Shown one piece after another: positions 1 through 13,825 of a stretch of 64,000 nt of DNA (the stretch's first letter is position 1; every line of letters begins with the position of its first letter). A program made the position numbers and the translations under genes. The notes under the pieces were generated by a model that worked only from the letters and a program-made list of their open reading frames with translations, ran no database searches and was not told the origin of the DNA. The DNA lies in NCBI GenBank assembly GCA_013239625.1, contig MU053792.1, positions 1,134,112 to 1,198,111 of the forward strand, given 5' to 3'. Source of the DNA: Lama guanicoe. Its lineage: Eukaryota.

Positions 1-509
1 CGTTTTTGAAGCCTGTATTAGCAGCTCAGACAATTTTGTTTTATTCTGAATTTGTACGGGCATAAATTCCTGGGTAATAGAGCTGATAGGTCAAGCCTTA
101 TTGTGTACATTTTAACTGAAATTTTACTAGACTTCATCTCCCATGGAAGCAAGATTAAATGTAACCTAGTACTTGAAAATGAAAGTACTAGAATTTCTAA
201 TATGACTTACTATCTCAAACTAGATTTTGTTACTTTGAAGCACACAGATGGACATTGCTCAACTGCCCCCTAAAGTAACTGGCCCCTTTTCTATAAGAAG
301 AATGGTGAATTTTAACTGAGATACTGTTAGATATACACACCCGTGGCCGTGTTCTGAAGAGATACTGATGTAGGTGGGCTTTGGGGTTCTGGTACTAGCA
401 GGATTTTTTTAAATAGGCTTGTAGTAGTAGCTAAAGGTTTTATCAACAGCAGTGGGTATTAGGGGTGGGGGTTGGTTCAGGGGCCCCAGCCCTCCACAAG
501 TATGACTTT

Positions 510-650
510 TAGTTGGCCCTTCATATAATTTGATTCACTCATACTCACATCCGTGGATTCAAGCAACAGCAGATCGGTTGCAATGGAAAAAAATTTGCAT
601 GTAGATGGACGAGCACAGTTCAAACTCACATTGTTAAGGCTTAACTGTGT
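510..650. mobile_element. Tigger-derived MITE remnant (MER8/MER2-like)
   Basis: Motifs agttggcccttcat..catccgtggattcaa..gcacagttcaaactc..ttgttaaggcttaactgt resemble MER8 ends as recalled. Confidence 0.5.
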
Positions 651-3600
651 GAATTATTTTGTTGTAGGTTACTGCTCTTTAAACTTTCAAGTTGCTGCGT
701 GACGTTGGTTAGCTCATTGCAGAATGCTTAAGTTAATATCTAGTGCTGCTTTCCCTAAAGACTAAACTATAAGATGGGGGATCTGGTTTTTCTAAACTTG
801 GTTGGTGGTTCTAAGTAAGTTTTTCAGTCATTTTATCTTTCCTATGTGTATACATAAGTTCGTGCATGTGCAGTAAAATGATTAAAATGAAGATTGGAGT
901 AGACATGAATATGTATTGGGAGGCTTTGCCCACTTATGTGTCCTCTTCAGATAGTTTGAGACAAATGTACTGTTCTGATATTTTTTACTGGTTTTTTTTT
1001 TTCTTACTTTCAATTTCCTAGATAAACTAAATCTTGAAGAGTAACTCACCCACTGTGCATTTTCACCATCATGCCACATTGTGGCACTGTTGTTCTTTAG
1101 CTGAATATTTACAGTCATCTTTTTCTGTTGCTGTCAGATTTCTTATTTTGTGGAATATGATGCTCTCAAAAGTATATGAAAACATTCGTATCAGAGTTTT
1201 AAACTGTACACAATCAGTTATGATTGCTTTCCAGTGATTGTGCTAGATGGCTTTTTATGTTAATGAGTTTGGTTTTGGGGGGGGTTCACTTAAATTTTTT
1301 TCCTTGATTGCCCCATTGTGTTTAGTTAAAAATAAGAGCCTTGAAAGTTACAGAATTATAACTTGAAGAAACCAACAAACATAATGACACTGTAGATGAC
1401 AACAGGCATATCTTTTTAAAACTTTAGGCTTTTTGATAGTATGCTGTTAAAACTACAGTTCCACTCAGAACATATAATGCTGTCTGCAAATTCAAGGTAG
1501 CTTTCTTCTCAGTGTTATTATTTACACTGTTTATGCCAAAATCTATTCAAGAGGAAACAGTTTATGATTTATGTAGTTTTGGTGCTTCCAGTATTTAAAA
1601 TCTCCAGGTCTACCTTCGTCACTTTTGCAAGCTTGATTTCTTTATTTTCCTTTAGTGTTTTAGCTGTCAAGCCACTATATACTAGTGATGCTTGCATTTT
1701 AACAGGACAGTTTTTACTAAGCGGCTTAAGGAATTTAAGCAGCGGACTATCAGAGGGGGTTCAGAGCCTCAAAAGAGTAAGAATCCCCTGCCCTGGGATT
1801 CCTAAGGTCACAGTAATTAACTCCATGCTGTTACATGAAATGACTTAACAGTTCTGCAGGGCTGCATTTAGGAAAGAATAGCCTTTTAATGTTAATATGA
1901 GCAGATGAACAGTGGATGTTGTTGATTCATGAAAGTGGATTGTAAAGTTAAACCTTTTTGAGAATAGTAGAGGAATAGATATATTAGTTAAATGTGTTTG
2001 ATGAGCTTGAACATAGATGAGGATCTTTGCCTTGAACTAAAGGACCACATGTTATTGTAGGGTCATTAGAAATTCCCTAACTAGACAAGACTGTTTTGAA
2101 TTGGGGTGGTGGGAGAATTATAGACACTTTTGTAAGAGAATTGTTTGTTTTAATATTTTCTACCCTTGAGATAACTGGGAAAGGTGCTTGGTTACTGTGT
2201 AACTCAGGAAAGGTAGAAGAAACTATAAACTCGCTATGAAGGTGAGGACCATGCCTGTTTCGCTCATTGTGATGCTCCTGGCATCTAGCACTGGGGTATT
2301 TTTAGAGTGACTGATGCAGTAGGCATTCTAATTATTGAGTTTTCATGGGGTTAGCTAGTGAAATGCCAATAAAGGGTTAAGTAGGAGGATTCGATGTCTT
2401 TTTTTTTTCTTTGCAGACGTGCTAAGGTTGCAGCCAGTTGGGAATGTCAGATTTTGAAGCTGAGTACTTCAGAAATAGGAATTGAGGGAGTAGACAAAGC
2501 TTCGTTAACAGAATCTGCAGGGGGACTACTTTCAAGAGGTTTACTGGAAGTAATGTAATCATAAGCTGAGGATATAGGGCAGTGGAGCACTTAGGAAGTA
2601 ATTCACCACATTATAGTTAACACACATTTATTCATATAGTGAACCTTTATAGTTCACTTACCTTGTCGCCAGACTTTCTGGTCGACCAGTGAGGCTGTAA
2701 TCATGTGAGGGTAAGAACCGGGACAGCTTTGGTTTTCCTCACTAGTTCAGTTCATGTTGGTGTAATATTTGTATACATGCTACACACTTGTAGGATAAAT
2801 GAATGGTTATAGAAGGTTCCTGCTTAGTAGTAAAGATAGACAAACACACAATATTTGGGGACAATATAATGTGAAAGGCATACCATATATTTTAATTTGT
2901 GTCTTAGCTTTAATTCTGGGAGTCAGAGCCTTTGAGCTCTGTTTATATTTGGGATGCTGTATATTTTTTTGTCTGTGGAACAGTAGAGCTAGGGATATAC
3001 TTCAGATTTTTTTTTTAATGAGCCAAAAGAACAGTAATTTAAGTCTGTTTTTATTTGAAAAAGTCATATTAGAAAACATTTTTAAAAGCAGTTATTGTGA
3101 AGGAGGTTAATGTATATTAATTTTCAAGTCATAGCAATAACTTAGAATAAAAGAACACTCCTTAGCTTTCTACCAGTTTCCCAAAAATTATAATAAATTG
3201 TTCCCTACTCTTCCTGTTATATAGTAAAGTAAAAATTTAAACCTCACGGTAGTAGTGCTCTGTTTTAAGAATGCTTGTTTTGGGAACTCTGATATTCTGT
3301 TGTACATAGGAAATTCCCCCCGTAATTTAAGATTTATAATAGGTTTGGGTGCTAAATTTTATCAGATTTTTGGTGGGTGTCTATTTATATGACCATATGT
3401 TTTTTCTACTTAAAATAATACTCAGGAGTTTTACCGTTAAGCTAGCTGGCTGTCTCTGGGTTAACCCCTGCTTGTCATGTATGTTATTCTTTTAATTCTC
3501 AGCTCACTTTGATTTGCTGCAGTTTTGTTTAGGATTATTTATTGTGACTGTATTCAAAAGTAAGGTTGGACTGTAGTTTTCTTTTAGGTGCTGTCTGTAA

Positions 3601-3654
3601 CAGTTTTAGTCGTTGGAACAGTTATTTTTAATTCTCTGTTTCCTCGGTTGACAG

Positions 3655-3776
3655 GTCGTGGTTCAATTCCGGAATTTTTTCATATTATGAAAAGAAAGTT
3701 TACCAACAAAGAATGGGAAACAATCAGAAGCTTTAAGGATGAATGGACTCAGCTGGATATGTTCTATAGGAATTGG
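3655..3776 (+). CDS. AASDHPPT: AASDHPPT internal coding exon (probably exon 3), 4'-phosphopantetheinyl transferase
   Basis: Acceptor acag| at 3654 and donor |gtataa at 3777. Translates (G)RGSIPEFFHIMKRKFTNKEWETIRSFKDEWTQLDMFYRNW, matching the mammalian AASDHPPT sequence as I recall it. Earlier exons lie upstream of the window. Confidence 0.96.
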
Positions 3777-4405
3777 GTATAATTTGTTTCTAGTTTTGAG
3801 AGTAAACCCATGTGGTGATTCTGTTATCTTTGCTAAAAACAGAAGAAGTCCTTTGGTTACCCTGTAGTTCATACAGTGTTCAAAATAATTAAGTCACTAC
3901 TTGGGAACTTCATTATTTTTATGTATTCATTATTACATTATAATGACATTTAAGAAAATTTAACATGCATTTAATGCTCAATTAGAAGATACTCTTAAAG
4001 CTAAAATAAGACGTTATATTTATCATGATTTATAAATAAGATTTAATGTTTTCTGTCTTAAAGGGTGTCATACACATGAGGCCTTATTTAATGAACACGT
4101 ACAGTATTCATTGCTAGAAGACATGTAAATTAGTTAATTTAATTTAATTTTTGTAACAACCCTATGAAGAACGTAATTTATCATTGCATGTTACACCTGA
4201 GGAAATGGAGGCACAGGGAGCTTAAATGGTTTGTCTTAAGGTCTCACAACTGGTTTGTCTCCATGCTACTATAAGGGTGAAAATGAATAGCTTATAGCCA
4301 TAATGTAGTAAAGGATTAAAAATCCACATGTGTTGGGGACTGTCATTTTTGTGAAAAATGTTGCCTACTAAATGCTCTCAGAGAATATGTCTTTCTGTAT
4401 CTTAG

Positions 4406-4567
4406 GCACTGAAAGAAAGCTTCATAAAAGCTGTAGGTGTTGGATTAGGATTTGAATTGCAACGGCTTGAATTTGACATCTCACCATTAAACCTGGATAT
4501 AGGCCAAGTTTATAAAGAAACACGTTTGTTTTTGGATGGAGAAGAAGAAAAGGAATGGGCATTTGAG
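4406..4567 (+). CDS. AASDHPPT: AASDHPPT internal coding exon (probably exon 4)
   Basis: cttag|GCA...GAG|gtaaga, 162 bp, phase 0/0. Translates ALKESFIKAVGVGLGFELQRLEFDISPLNLDIGQVYKETRLFLDGEEEKEWAFE. The W|ALKESFIKA junction completes the PPTase WxxKE motif. Confidence 0.97.
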
Positions 4568-6018
4568 GTAAGAAATTTACCCGAATTGCTGTAACTATAG
4601 TAATTTCCTTATTTTGTGCATGTGAATATAGGCTTAAACTTGGGGGGGGGGCTAGTCATTGAAACTAGACACGTTTAGAATCCATTCCCGGTGCTCTGGA
4701 GGTGAAGTCAGGGGTACTCTGAGCACCTGTAACATTTAAGCTGATACTTAAAAGGTAAGCTGTAGTGTGGTAAGTAAAAGGGAAGGCAAAAGAGGCCATG
4801 GAATAGAACAGCTTTGTTTGTATGAACAACTAAAGGATACCGCTCCGGCGCCGTACTGTGTTGAGGGGATTTGAGAGAGATTCTAGGTTAGGCTGTAAGA
4901 TCAGGTAGGGCATTATGAGTCAGTTAATATATTGGTCTCTCTCTTTGTTTTCTCTGTCACTGGCAATTCTTGGCTGCTAGTGAGAGAAACCTAACAATAT
5001 TTTAACTGAAAAGTCATGATAGTAGCATACTAGAGTGATTTGTGTAATTGTCTTTCAGAATCACCTAGGGACTGGAAAACTCCGAACTCTTTCTTATCTT
5101 TTACTTTTGCCTTCCTCGCTTCATTTTTCTCCCACCCTCATTTCTCATTCTCTCCACCAGCTTTCTTAACTTTATGTGGTCTGGGTGGCAGGAAACATAA
5201 CTGCCTACCATTTTTACGTGTAACAATTTGTAGTTTAAAAACCCAGAGATCGGTGAACTCCCTTTCTATTCAGACCCTCAAAGTCCTGGAGAAGGGGCTC
5301 TGGCTTAGCTTGGATGTGAGGTGCTTATCTCTTGACCAATCATTGTAGCCAGGGGAGTGTGTGACAGCTTGTATCAAGTGTCCGTAGCTGAGCAAATGGG
5401 TTATACTATAATGTGGTTGTTCCTGCGGTCATCATCTGAATCGTGTGCAGAGAAGGTCACGGTAAAGAATTCATGATGAGTGGGCAAAATAGAAGGTATT
5501 TGTTCACTAATTCTCTCAAGGGACTGTAACAAGTGTCAAATAGTAGTAAGATCAGAATTGTATTTTAAGAGCAGGTTCTGTCTATGGAGGCATAAGGGGT
5601 TAAGGAAGTGAGGTGTCAAAGATGTTATGATCAATTCTGTGACTTACAGGCCTGTCTGTTGAGCTACTGAATACTGGAGAACAAGTAGGAATTAAGTTTG
5701 CCACACCATAGAAACACCTAAGTGAAGGTGTCAGGTAGTTGCAGAATGAAAGGTCAGGCTAAAGGGAAAATCATAACCATTAACGTGTGGATGGTAGTTG
5801 ACGTAATAGGACTTAAAGTTGCAGCAGTGAGATCACCTAAGTTAGACTTGAGAAAGACCTAGGGCAGAGTCCTGAGAATACTATTTAAAGGTGGAGTGAG
5901 GAGGAGACTGAGAAAGAATGATCAAAATGGTAAGAAGTAAAATAAGAAAATAGTGTTAGGGGATCCAAGGGCAGGAAGTATTTTGAGAGAGACCTGTGTC
6001 AAAACTGCTAACATACCA

Positions 6019-8006
6019 GATTTCTGGTCAAGATGGTGGAGTGATGGGACCACAAGCTCCCCACCCCTCCTGACTACAGCAAAACCAGAACTGACCGCTA
6101 AACAACCATCGGAAAAAAGGATGGAACCCAGCAAAGAGATCTTCAACTGGAAACAGGGAACCATAGGACGGTAGGAGGGGCATGCTCATGACATAATCAG
6201 GCCCCATTACCCCACAGGTGGGTGACCCACAAGCTGAAGAATATTTCAGTCACAGGGCCCCCCTCCCGTCACAGGAGTGAGCGTTCTGAGCCCCACGTCA
6301 GGCTCCCCAGCCCGGGCTTCTGGCATTAGGTGGAGGAGACCCCAGGACATCTAGTTTTGAAGGCCAGTGGGGCTTAACTCTAGGAGCCCCACAGAACTGG
6401 GGGAAAGAGAGACGTCATTCTCTTGGGAAGCATACACAGAATCTCCCGTGTTCCAGGTTCAAGGGAAATGACAGTGATTTCATAGGGACCTGGACCAGAC
6501 GTGCCTGTGGTTTTTGAAGATCTCCTGGGGAGGTAGAAGAGGGTTGCAGCTCACCCAGGGGACATAAAAGCTAGTGGTGGACATTCCAGGAGTGTTCATC
6601 TACATGAGCTTTCCTGAAGGCTGACATCTTGATCAGATCGTTAGTACCAAGACCCAGCCCCACCCATCAGCAGGCTTCCTGAGTCACAAACACCTCTAGG
6701 CCCAGCCCTACCCACCGGAGGTCCAGGTCCAGCAGTGGGCAGGCACCGTCGACTCCTGCCAGGAAGCCTGTGTAAGCCTCTAGTCCAGCCTCCTCCAGCA
6801 GGGGCAGGTACCAGAAGTAAGAAAACAACAATCCCACAGCCTGTGGAAGGAGCCCACAGACACAAAGCAGATTCTACACTGGGACTGGCTGGACCCTGGC
6901 CCTTGGGTGACAAGAGGGGAGTGTACTCCTCGGACACATAGGACGTCTCCCACAGAGGGCCACTTCTCCAAGGTCGAGAACATAAGTAACCTACCTAAAA
7001 ATACAAACAAGAAGACATACAGAATGAGGCAGCAGAGGAGTATCTCCCAGGTCAAAGCATAAGGTAAGAAGATAAAAGAAGAAGTAAGTGAGGAGGAGAT
7101 AGGTAATTTATCTGAGAAAGAGTTTAAAGTAATGATGGCAAAGATGTTCAGAGAACTCAAGAGGAGTATAGATGCACGGGGCAGAGTTTTTCACGAAGAG
7201 TTGGAAAATACAATGAATACCCAAATAGAGTTGAAGAATTAAATTACTGAAATGAATAACACTAGAAGGAACCAAGAATAGACTAAATGAGGCAGAAGAA
7301 CACATCAGTGAGCTAGACTGGCTCACTCACCGGCAAGGCTCTCCTTCAGATTTGATGGAGAAATCAAAAGCTTCACAAACAAAAACTTAAAGAATTCAGC
7401 ACCACCAAAACAGGTTTACAGAAAATGTTAAAGGAACTTCTCTAGTCATCAAACCATAAGAAAAGAACAAAAAGAAGAAAGAGGGAAAGAAAAAAGACCT
7501 ACAAAAGATTGCTTTGGCAATTTGAGGTCTTTTATGGTTCCATACAACTTCTAGAATTGTTCTGGTTCTGTGAAAAATATTGTGAGTATTTGACAGGGTT
7601 GCGTTGGATTTGTAGATTGCTTTGGGTAATGTGGCCATTTTGATAATGTTGATTCTTCTAATCCAAGAGCACAAGATATCTTTCCATTTCTTTGTATCAT
7701 CTTCAGTTTCCTTCATTAGTGTTTTACAGTTTTCAGAGTTTAGGTAACCTCCTTGGCTAAGTTTATTTCTGGGTATTTTGTTCTTTTGGGTGCAAAGAAA
7801 ATGTTTATGGCAGTTATAAAATTCAGGATTTTAAAGTGGGGGGAAAAGTGAATGAAGGGCTGCAAATGGCAAAATATCCTTTTTTATGGGTGAGTTGTAT
7901 TCCATTATGTATACATGCTACATCTTTATCCATTCATCTATTGATGTGTACTTAGGATGCTTCCACGTCTTGGCAATTATAAATAATGCTGCTGTTAAAA
8001 AAAAAA
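6019..8006 (+). mobile_element. Rearranged L1-derived insertion: 5'UTR, ORF1 pieces, inverted ORF2/3' pieces, poly(A), with target-site duplication
   Basis: Starts with an L1-type caagatgg..gag 5' end. ORF1-like sequence at ~7020-7440. Minus-strand ORF2 peptide KKWKDILCSWIRRINIIKMATLPKAIYK in the 7396-7716 ORF. A-run at 7997-8006. Direct repeat CTGCTAACATACCA at 6005-6018 and 8008-8021. Confidence 0.85.
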
Positions 8007-8078
8007 GCTGCTAACATACCATATAAGGTAGGGATTCTATCAATTAAAGAGTAAATTGTATTTAGAGTACTGTATTTT

Positions 8079-8793
8079 AATTGAAGTGTAGTTGGTTGAC
8101 AGTGTTGTGTTAATTTCTGGTGTTACAGCAGAGTGATTCATTTATACATACATATATATTCCTTTTTGTATTCTTTTCATTATCAGCCATTATAAGTATT
8201 GAACACAGTTCCCTGTGCTATACAGTAGGACCTTGTTTATTTTATACATAGTAGTTAGTATCTACAAATTCCAAGTTTCCCAATTTATCCCTCCCCACTG
8301 CTTTTCCCCACTGGGAACATAAGTTTGTTTTCTATGTCTGTGAGTCTGTTTCTGTTTTGTAAATAAGTTCATTTGTATCCTTTTTATTTATTTTTTTTTT
8401 CAGATTCCACATGTAAGTGATAACATGGTAGTTTTCTTTCTCTTTCTGGCTTATTTCACTTAGTATTGTCATACTTCAGGTTGTTGCAAATGGCATTATT
8501 TTATTCTTTTTAATGGCTGAGTAGTATTCCATTGTATAAATACGTCACAGCTTCTTTATCCTGTCATCTGTCGATGGGCATTTAGGTTGCTTCCATGTCT
8601 TGGCTGTTGTACATAGTGCTGCTATGAACCCTGGGGTGCAGGTGTCTTTTCTAATTAGAGTTTCCTCTCAATATGTACCCAGGAGTGGGATTGCTGAATC
8701 TTAGGGTAAGTCTGCTTTCAGTTTTTTAAGGAATCTCCATATTTTCCATGATGGCTGCACCAAACTACATTCCCACCAACAGTGTAGGAGGGT
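8079..8793 (-). mobile_element. L1 3' end fragment
   Basis: Typical antisense L1 3'UTR/ORF2 end (gtagtattccattgt, tttaggttgcttccatgtcttggct, cattcccaccaacagtg). Near-identical TACTRTATTTT on both flanks. Confidence 0.85.
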
Positions 8794-10834
8794 AGGATAC
8801 TATATTTTTAATAGGTTTTTTTTTTAAGTTTTTATACTTGGGTAAACATCAGCCATTGCATTCATGGAGAATCCTTTATTTTAATGGTGCCACATGGAGT
8901 AGGCCTCGTAGCAAGGTGAGGAGGGGAAGAGTCAGCAAGTGAGCCGGCTGTGCTTCAGCTCTTTGGGTGGCAAAGATGTTTGAGTTCCTGGGGACCAAAT
9001 AGATGCTTCAGAAAGTGGTAGCCACCGGGCCTGAAGTTTCCTGAAAGAGGAATTCCAAAAGAAAGGCAATGGGTGTTCTACTGTGTGTTAATTGCTGAGG
9101 GTGGGAATTACAAGATTACAAGAGTCAGCTGTGAGAGCTGGAAGTATTCCATGACAGTTCTCAGGTGCTCGCTGAGCCAGCATTTGGATACTTGATGGGA
9201 CCCAGGGTTCTGAAACTGGTTTGCAACAGTATTAGGTCATTACTTTGCCTGTTTTCTCTATCCCCTTCCTGTCTGCCACCTACGTTAAGGAAACCAGAGC
9301 AGAAGAGGAGGGTGAGACCAAGGAGAAGAATGTGTTCTTGGATTGAAATGGGATTTTTTTTTTTAACTGAAAGGGACTGAAGGGCTATGGGGTTTGCCTA
9401 AGGGCTTGTCCAGGAGCTGAGAAGGGAGATCCATCAGGGCATATTTGAGGGCATATATGGAAGAATAATTAAATGTACCTGAATGTTTAGCCCATTCAGT
9501 GTACCAGTTAGAAAAAATATGAAAATAATATATGTCATATGTGTATTTTAAGTGTGGATTGTTTATTCTACAGTAAACAGGCCTGGGAGGAGAGGGTGAA
9601 CTTAACAGAATGAGTGTGGTGGTCCGGACAGCCAGAAGCCAGAGGCTGAGGAGGGCATGGTGAGAGCACAGAGCCAGGGGAGGCTGGGGTCACGGAGCAC
9701 AGGTGTCAGGGCATCTCAGTGCTTCACAAGCTCAAGTACCAGTTTAGGCACGCAGGTGAGGAAGGGCTGCGATTTCAGCATAGAGATTTCCGTGTGCAGC
9801 TGTGGCATGCGTGATCTTCACTGTCCTGGCCATTCTCTCCTTCACTCTTTTCCGCTCTCACTTGTACACCCTGAATTTACCAACGCTGGAGCAACGAGAG
9901 GCAGCAGCACAAGTGAGTGGGGGAGCGTCTGGATTTAGGAGGAGAGATGGAATCGCCTCCCTGTTGGAGGCTTCTAACCCTGAATTAGGTTGGAGCTAGG
10001 ATAAGTGGGAGGAAGAGTCTTCATGAGATGAGGGTAAAACTTCATTTGGGTCAAATGCTTTTCAGAGAAAACTCAGTACTGAGAATGACCAGAAGGGTCA
10101 TTTATGAGATCTGTTCAGGATTTCATCCAGGGAAAGAGAAAAACGAATTGTCAGAACTTGCTTTAAGGAAAAGGTGAGAGAGAACCAGTTGCCCTCTGTT
10201 CCCACACTGTGGAGTCCAGTTCCTTTGGTAAACTGAAAATAAGGCAGGAGAAGCCTCAGCCCTCCCCTGCTTTTCATGCCCAACTTGCTCCTCTCTCCCT
10301 TCCCTGCTGTGTAAATAGCCAGAGTCACAGCCAAACACTGGCTTGATTTTTCCCCATATGTAAGTGATGACTGTATTTACTTGCACAGGCTATTTTCAGA
10401 AAGTTCTTTCAAAAGTGTTTTAGAGGTATTTTAGAAAGTACTGTTACCTGGTTGGAGACAGGACAAATCCCTGGAAACAGTACGTGTCAGGACACGTGCG
10501 TCTCTGGACACAGTGCCCTCGTAGGACATACGGTAAAATTCTGGATGCCAAGAGAATAAGGAGCATTTATTTACTTGGAGACTCAAAAGAAGATTTTGAA
10601 ATAAAAGTTATAAAGGAAATGAAGATTAAAAAAAAAACTGCTTAGTGTCTTGAATACTATTCAGGAAGAGAGTGTATTTATGAAATGGGAGCTGAGAGCC
10701 TTGGGGGAGGAATAGGCTTGTCGTTAAAACAAGGCTGTTGGCGGAAGATGGTCTGTGAAACCGTCTAGAAATGTTACAGAAAAGACTGCAGACTAAACCC
10801 TAAAACTCTTCTGTCTGAAAGGTACATTGCACCA

Positions 10835-11400
10835 TTGCCGCCTTCCAAATGCGGACATCTCCCCAAGCGTCCGCTCCTTTCGTCGGTCCGTCGGCGGCAG
10901 CAGTCTCAGCCAGCCTGCCGCTGTGTGCGTGACCCCAGGCCTTCCCCGCAGCTGCGGGCTCCCCTGCCTCCTGCCCCTGGTTCTCGCCGCCGCGCGCCTC
11001 TGCCTGGCGGCTGCACAGCGCGGGCACCGCGGGTCCTGCAGGCGCGTCGGAGCGCTCTCGCGCTCGGTTTCTTTTTCTCGCTGCGCTCCCTTGATGGTAC
11101 CGCCATCCAGTCACCTCGGGCTAGTAAAGCCCAGACCCGCTTCTGGTTCCTCCCCTGCGCCCCTGGTCATGCCAGTGCCTCTAGTGAACAGTGGCGGGCC
11201 CCGTTCTGAGAGCCGTTCCGGCCGCCGCCGCTCCCCAGGTGTGGGCGCGCTCTCCACCGCAGCGCGGACTGATGCGGTAGCCGCCTCACTGGCTTCCTTT
11301 CCCACCGTTTTGCTTCAGCCGTCTCCATTTCTGGCCGTCACTTCCCTGGATACGTACTCCACGTTGCAGCCTGCTGTGTGTCATTCTTTGACTATCGCCA
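10835..11400. other. Intronic CpG-rich island overlapping an L2-like remnant
   Basis: Dense CG dinucleotides within otherwise AT-rich intron. L2-like motifs (ggactgatgcggtagccgcctcactggcttcc; ctccacgttgcagcc) continue to an L2-like 3' part at ~11500-11660. Confidence 0.65.
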
Positions 11401-13753
11401 ACCCTCGTCTATTTGTATTTATTTTAATTCTGCCGTGATCTCACCACCCACCCACCCATCCACCCTGCCCCAGTCTCCCCCTTGCTTTCTCCTTTAACAA
11501 TTTAAGTCCAGCTCAGGTGCCCTCTTTATTTCAAGACCATGCTCCTCCCCCCACCACTTATGGCATACCACATTTTGCCTCATAATCTTTGTACTTACCT
11601 ACTTGTTTCACTTTCCCACGACTCCCTGAGGGCAGGGGCCATATTTCACTTAGTATTGTAGCTGTTACATAATCAAGAGTCCACTATTTATTACATCAAG
11701 TCCAAAGGATTTCCCACTTACCTGAATATTGCGTCTCACACCTGGAAAAGTAATATTCTTAAAAAAAAAAAAAGAAAGCTCATGCCAAGAGTTTTCATAG
11801 GCTCTCAATTTTCATAACCAGTTTCTGTTAGGAAAGTTACCACCAAACAGTTTCAAACGATGAGATTAGATGAAATAGAAATTCTTTGCTTTGGTTTTGA
11901 AAGGAAAGCTTTAAAAAAAATTAACATTTATGACATGTTTTTTTTTCAGTACTTTGACTGTTGGGGAGAAATTGTAAAACTTGAATGTTACTATCTCTTG
12001 AAAAAATAAAATATTCTTGCTCCCTTTGGGTTTGTTGAAGACTTTAAGGAAGTTTTGGTATTCACAATAATTTTATGGATAAAAAACTATAAGCTTGGGA
12101 AAATTTTGAAAATTTAGAAACTTTTTCAATTTAAGTCTTAAGTTCAACAGCATTGAATGTACTGGCTTAACTAGCTAACTAGCTTGCTGGTTCCATTTCT
12201 TTTTTCAACTAATATTTATTATAGATGTTGTTTTAGGCAGAAAAGATTCAGGGCAAAACTGATCACCTCATAGAGCTTTTATTCTAGTGAGACATCAGTG
12301 TTTGGTAACTGAGTCGTTATGAAATAACTTCTCTGGTTTTGCTGTGTCAGATTGCATATTTATATGATGTTGATGAGGTCTGAGTAGATACCTGGTGAGT
12401 CTTTATTTTGATAGCAGTTTCATTGAATTTTGGCTTGTAATGAAGGAAGTAGGTAGACTGAGCAGGGCTTCTCGGCAGTTTAGCAGACAGGCTGAATAGA
12501 AACTGATTATTGCCCCGGTTACCTCTGTTGTTTTTCTTAGATACAGATACTACAAAACTGCTAATCTAAGTGGGATTTCAGAAGTAATTATAGACAAAAC
12601 ATCTGTATATTGTAATGTTTATATTATCAATATATTTAGTGTAAAGAATGAGATAACATGCATCAAAAAGAATAGTTCTGTTTATAATTAAACTTTGACC
12701 TATTAATTTTTCTCATACTTAGCTAGTTATATTTTTCTTCCTCTTGAAAAAATTTTCCTAAAGTTACCATTTTTGAATTTCATTTTTTGCTAATTTGGTA
12801 TCTTAAGGTGTGAATATAGGAAGAGGATGAAGGATGAAAAGTCCTTCATATCATTTTTGATTGCTGTTTCAACTGACATCTCATGGAAGAATGCCTTAGT
12901 AAAGTGGCTTTTGGGGGAAATTTTGTTTAGTGTTTAATAGTCATTCATAGTTTTCTCTGGTAACTGCCTCCAAGTCTATTACATTTTAAAGCCCCCTCCC
13001 GCTCTGTCTCATACATGGGGGGAAGTAGGAAATTGTACATTTTGTAAGTCTTAAGTTATGAATTTCTGCCATGATTTCCCATAGGCTATAGTAGGTAAGC
13101 TAAATGCTTATAAACCAATGTTGCGATCCAGTTTTTTAAAATTTACTCTTTAGGCATATATAAAACTAACGTCACCAGTCAGGGCAGATGGCTTTCTAAG
13201 TGTGCCTCTCGATAGGAAACTGCATTTATGTCAGGAATGCATAATCTAAATCTAATCACTAGAACCATCAGACCAAAAATGAGCAGTGTTGTATTAATAA
13301 AAAGGTTGCGGGGTGGGGCTTATTTTAAAATATTAATGTCATAAAAGACAAAAGAAGAGCTAGCAAGACATGACGACTGAATGTAATACTTGACCCTAGA
13401 CTGAGTCCTGCCTGTCCTAGAGTTAGGGAAATGGTGTAAAGGATTGGATTAATTCACCAAATGTGCAGTACAGAGAGTAGATTTAAGTATGATTTCAATG
13501 TTAAATTTACCAAAGTTATTAGCTACTGTGGTTATGTGAGAGAATGTCCCTGTTAGGAAATATATATTGAAATATTTCAGAACACAGGGCCAAAAGTTAC
13601 GTGACTTCTCCTTAAATTGTTCGGGGGAAGTGGAGGCATATATGTATATGTGGGGGGGGGGTTGGAGAGAGAGAGAGGTTTTTTAAATGTAAATAGAATT
13701 GGTCTAAGTTTGCATATTTAGTATTCTGTGTTTACTTGCGTTTTATTTTTCAG

Positions 13754-13825
13754 GAAAGCAAAATAGACGAGCATCATTTTGTTGCAGTAGCTCTTAAGAA
13801 ACCCAATGGATCTAGACATCAGGAT
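13754..13825 (+). CDS. AASDHPPT: AASDHPPT internal coding exon (probably exon 5)
   Basis: ttttcag|GAA...GAT|gtaaga, 72 bp. Translates ESKIDEHHFVAVALKKPNGSRHQD, in phase with the flanking exons. Confidence 0.95.

Noticed and set aside
3588..3782. Stand-alone 64-aa ORF
   Set aside because: It is the AASDHPPT exon plus intronic read-through.
10800..11438. 203-aa and overlapping ORFs as a nested gene
   Set aside because: Low-complexity translations expected from GC-rich DNA, with no recognisable domain or splice structure.
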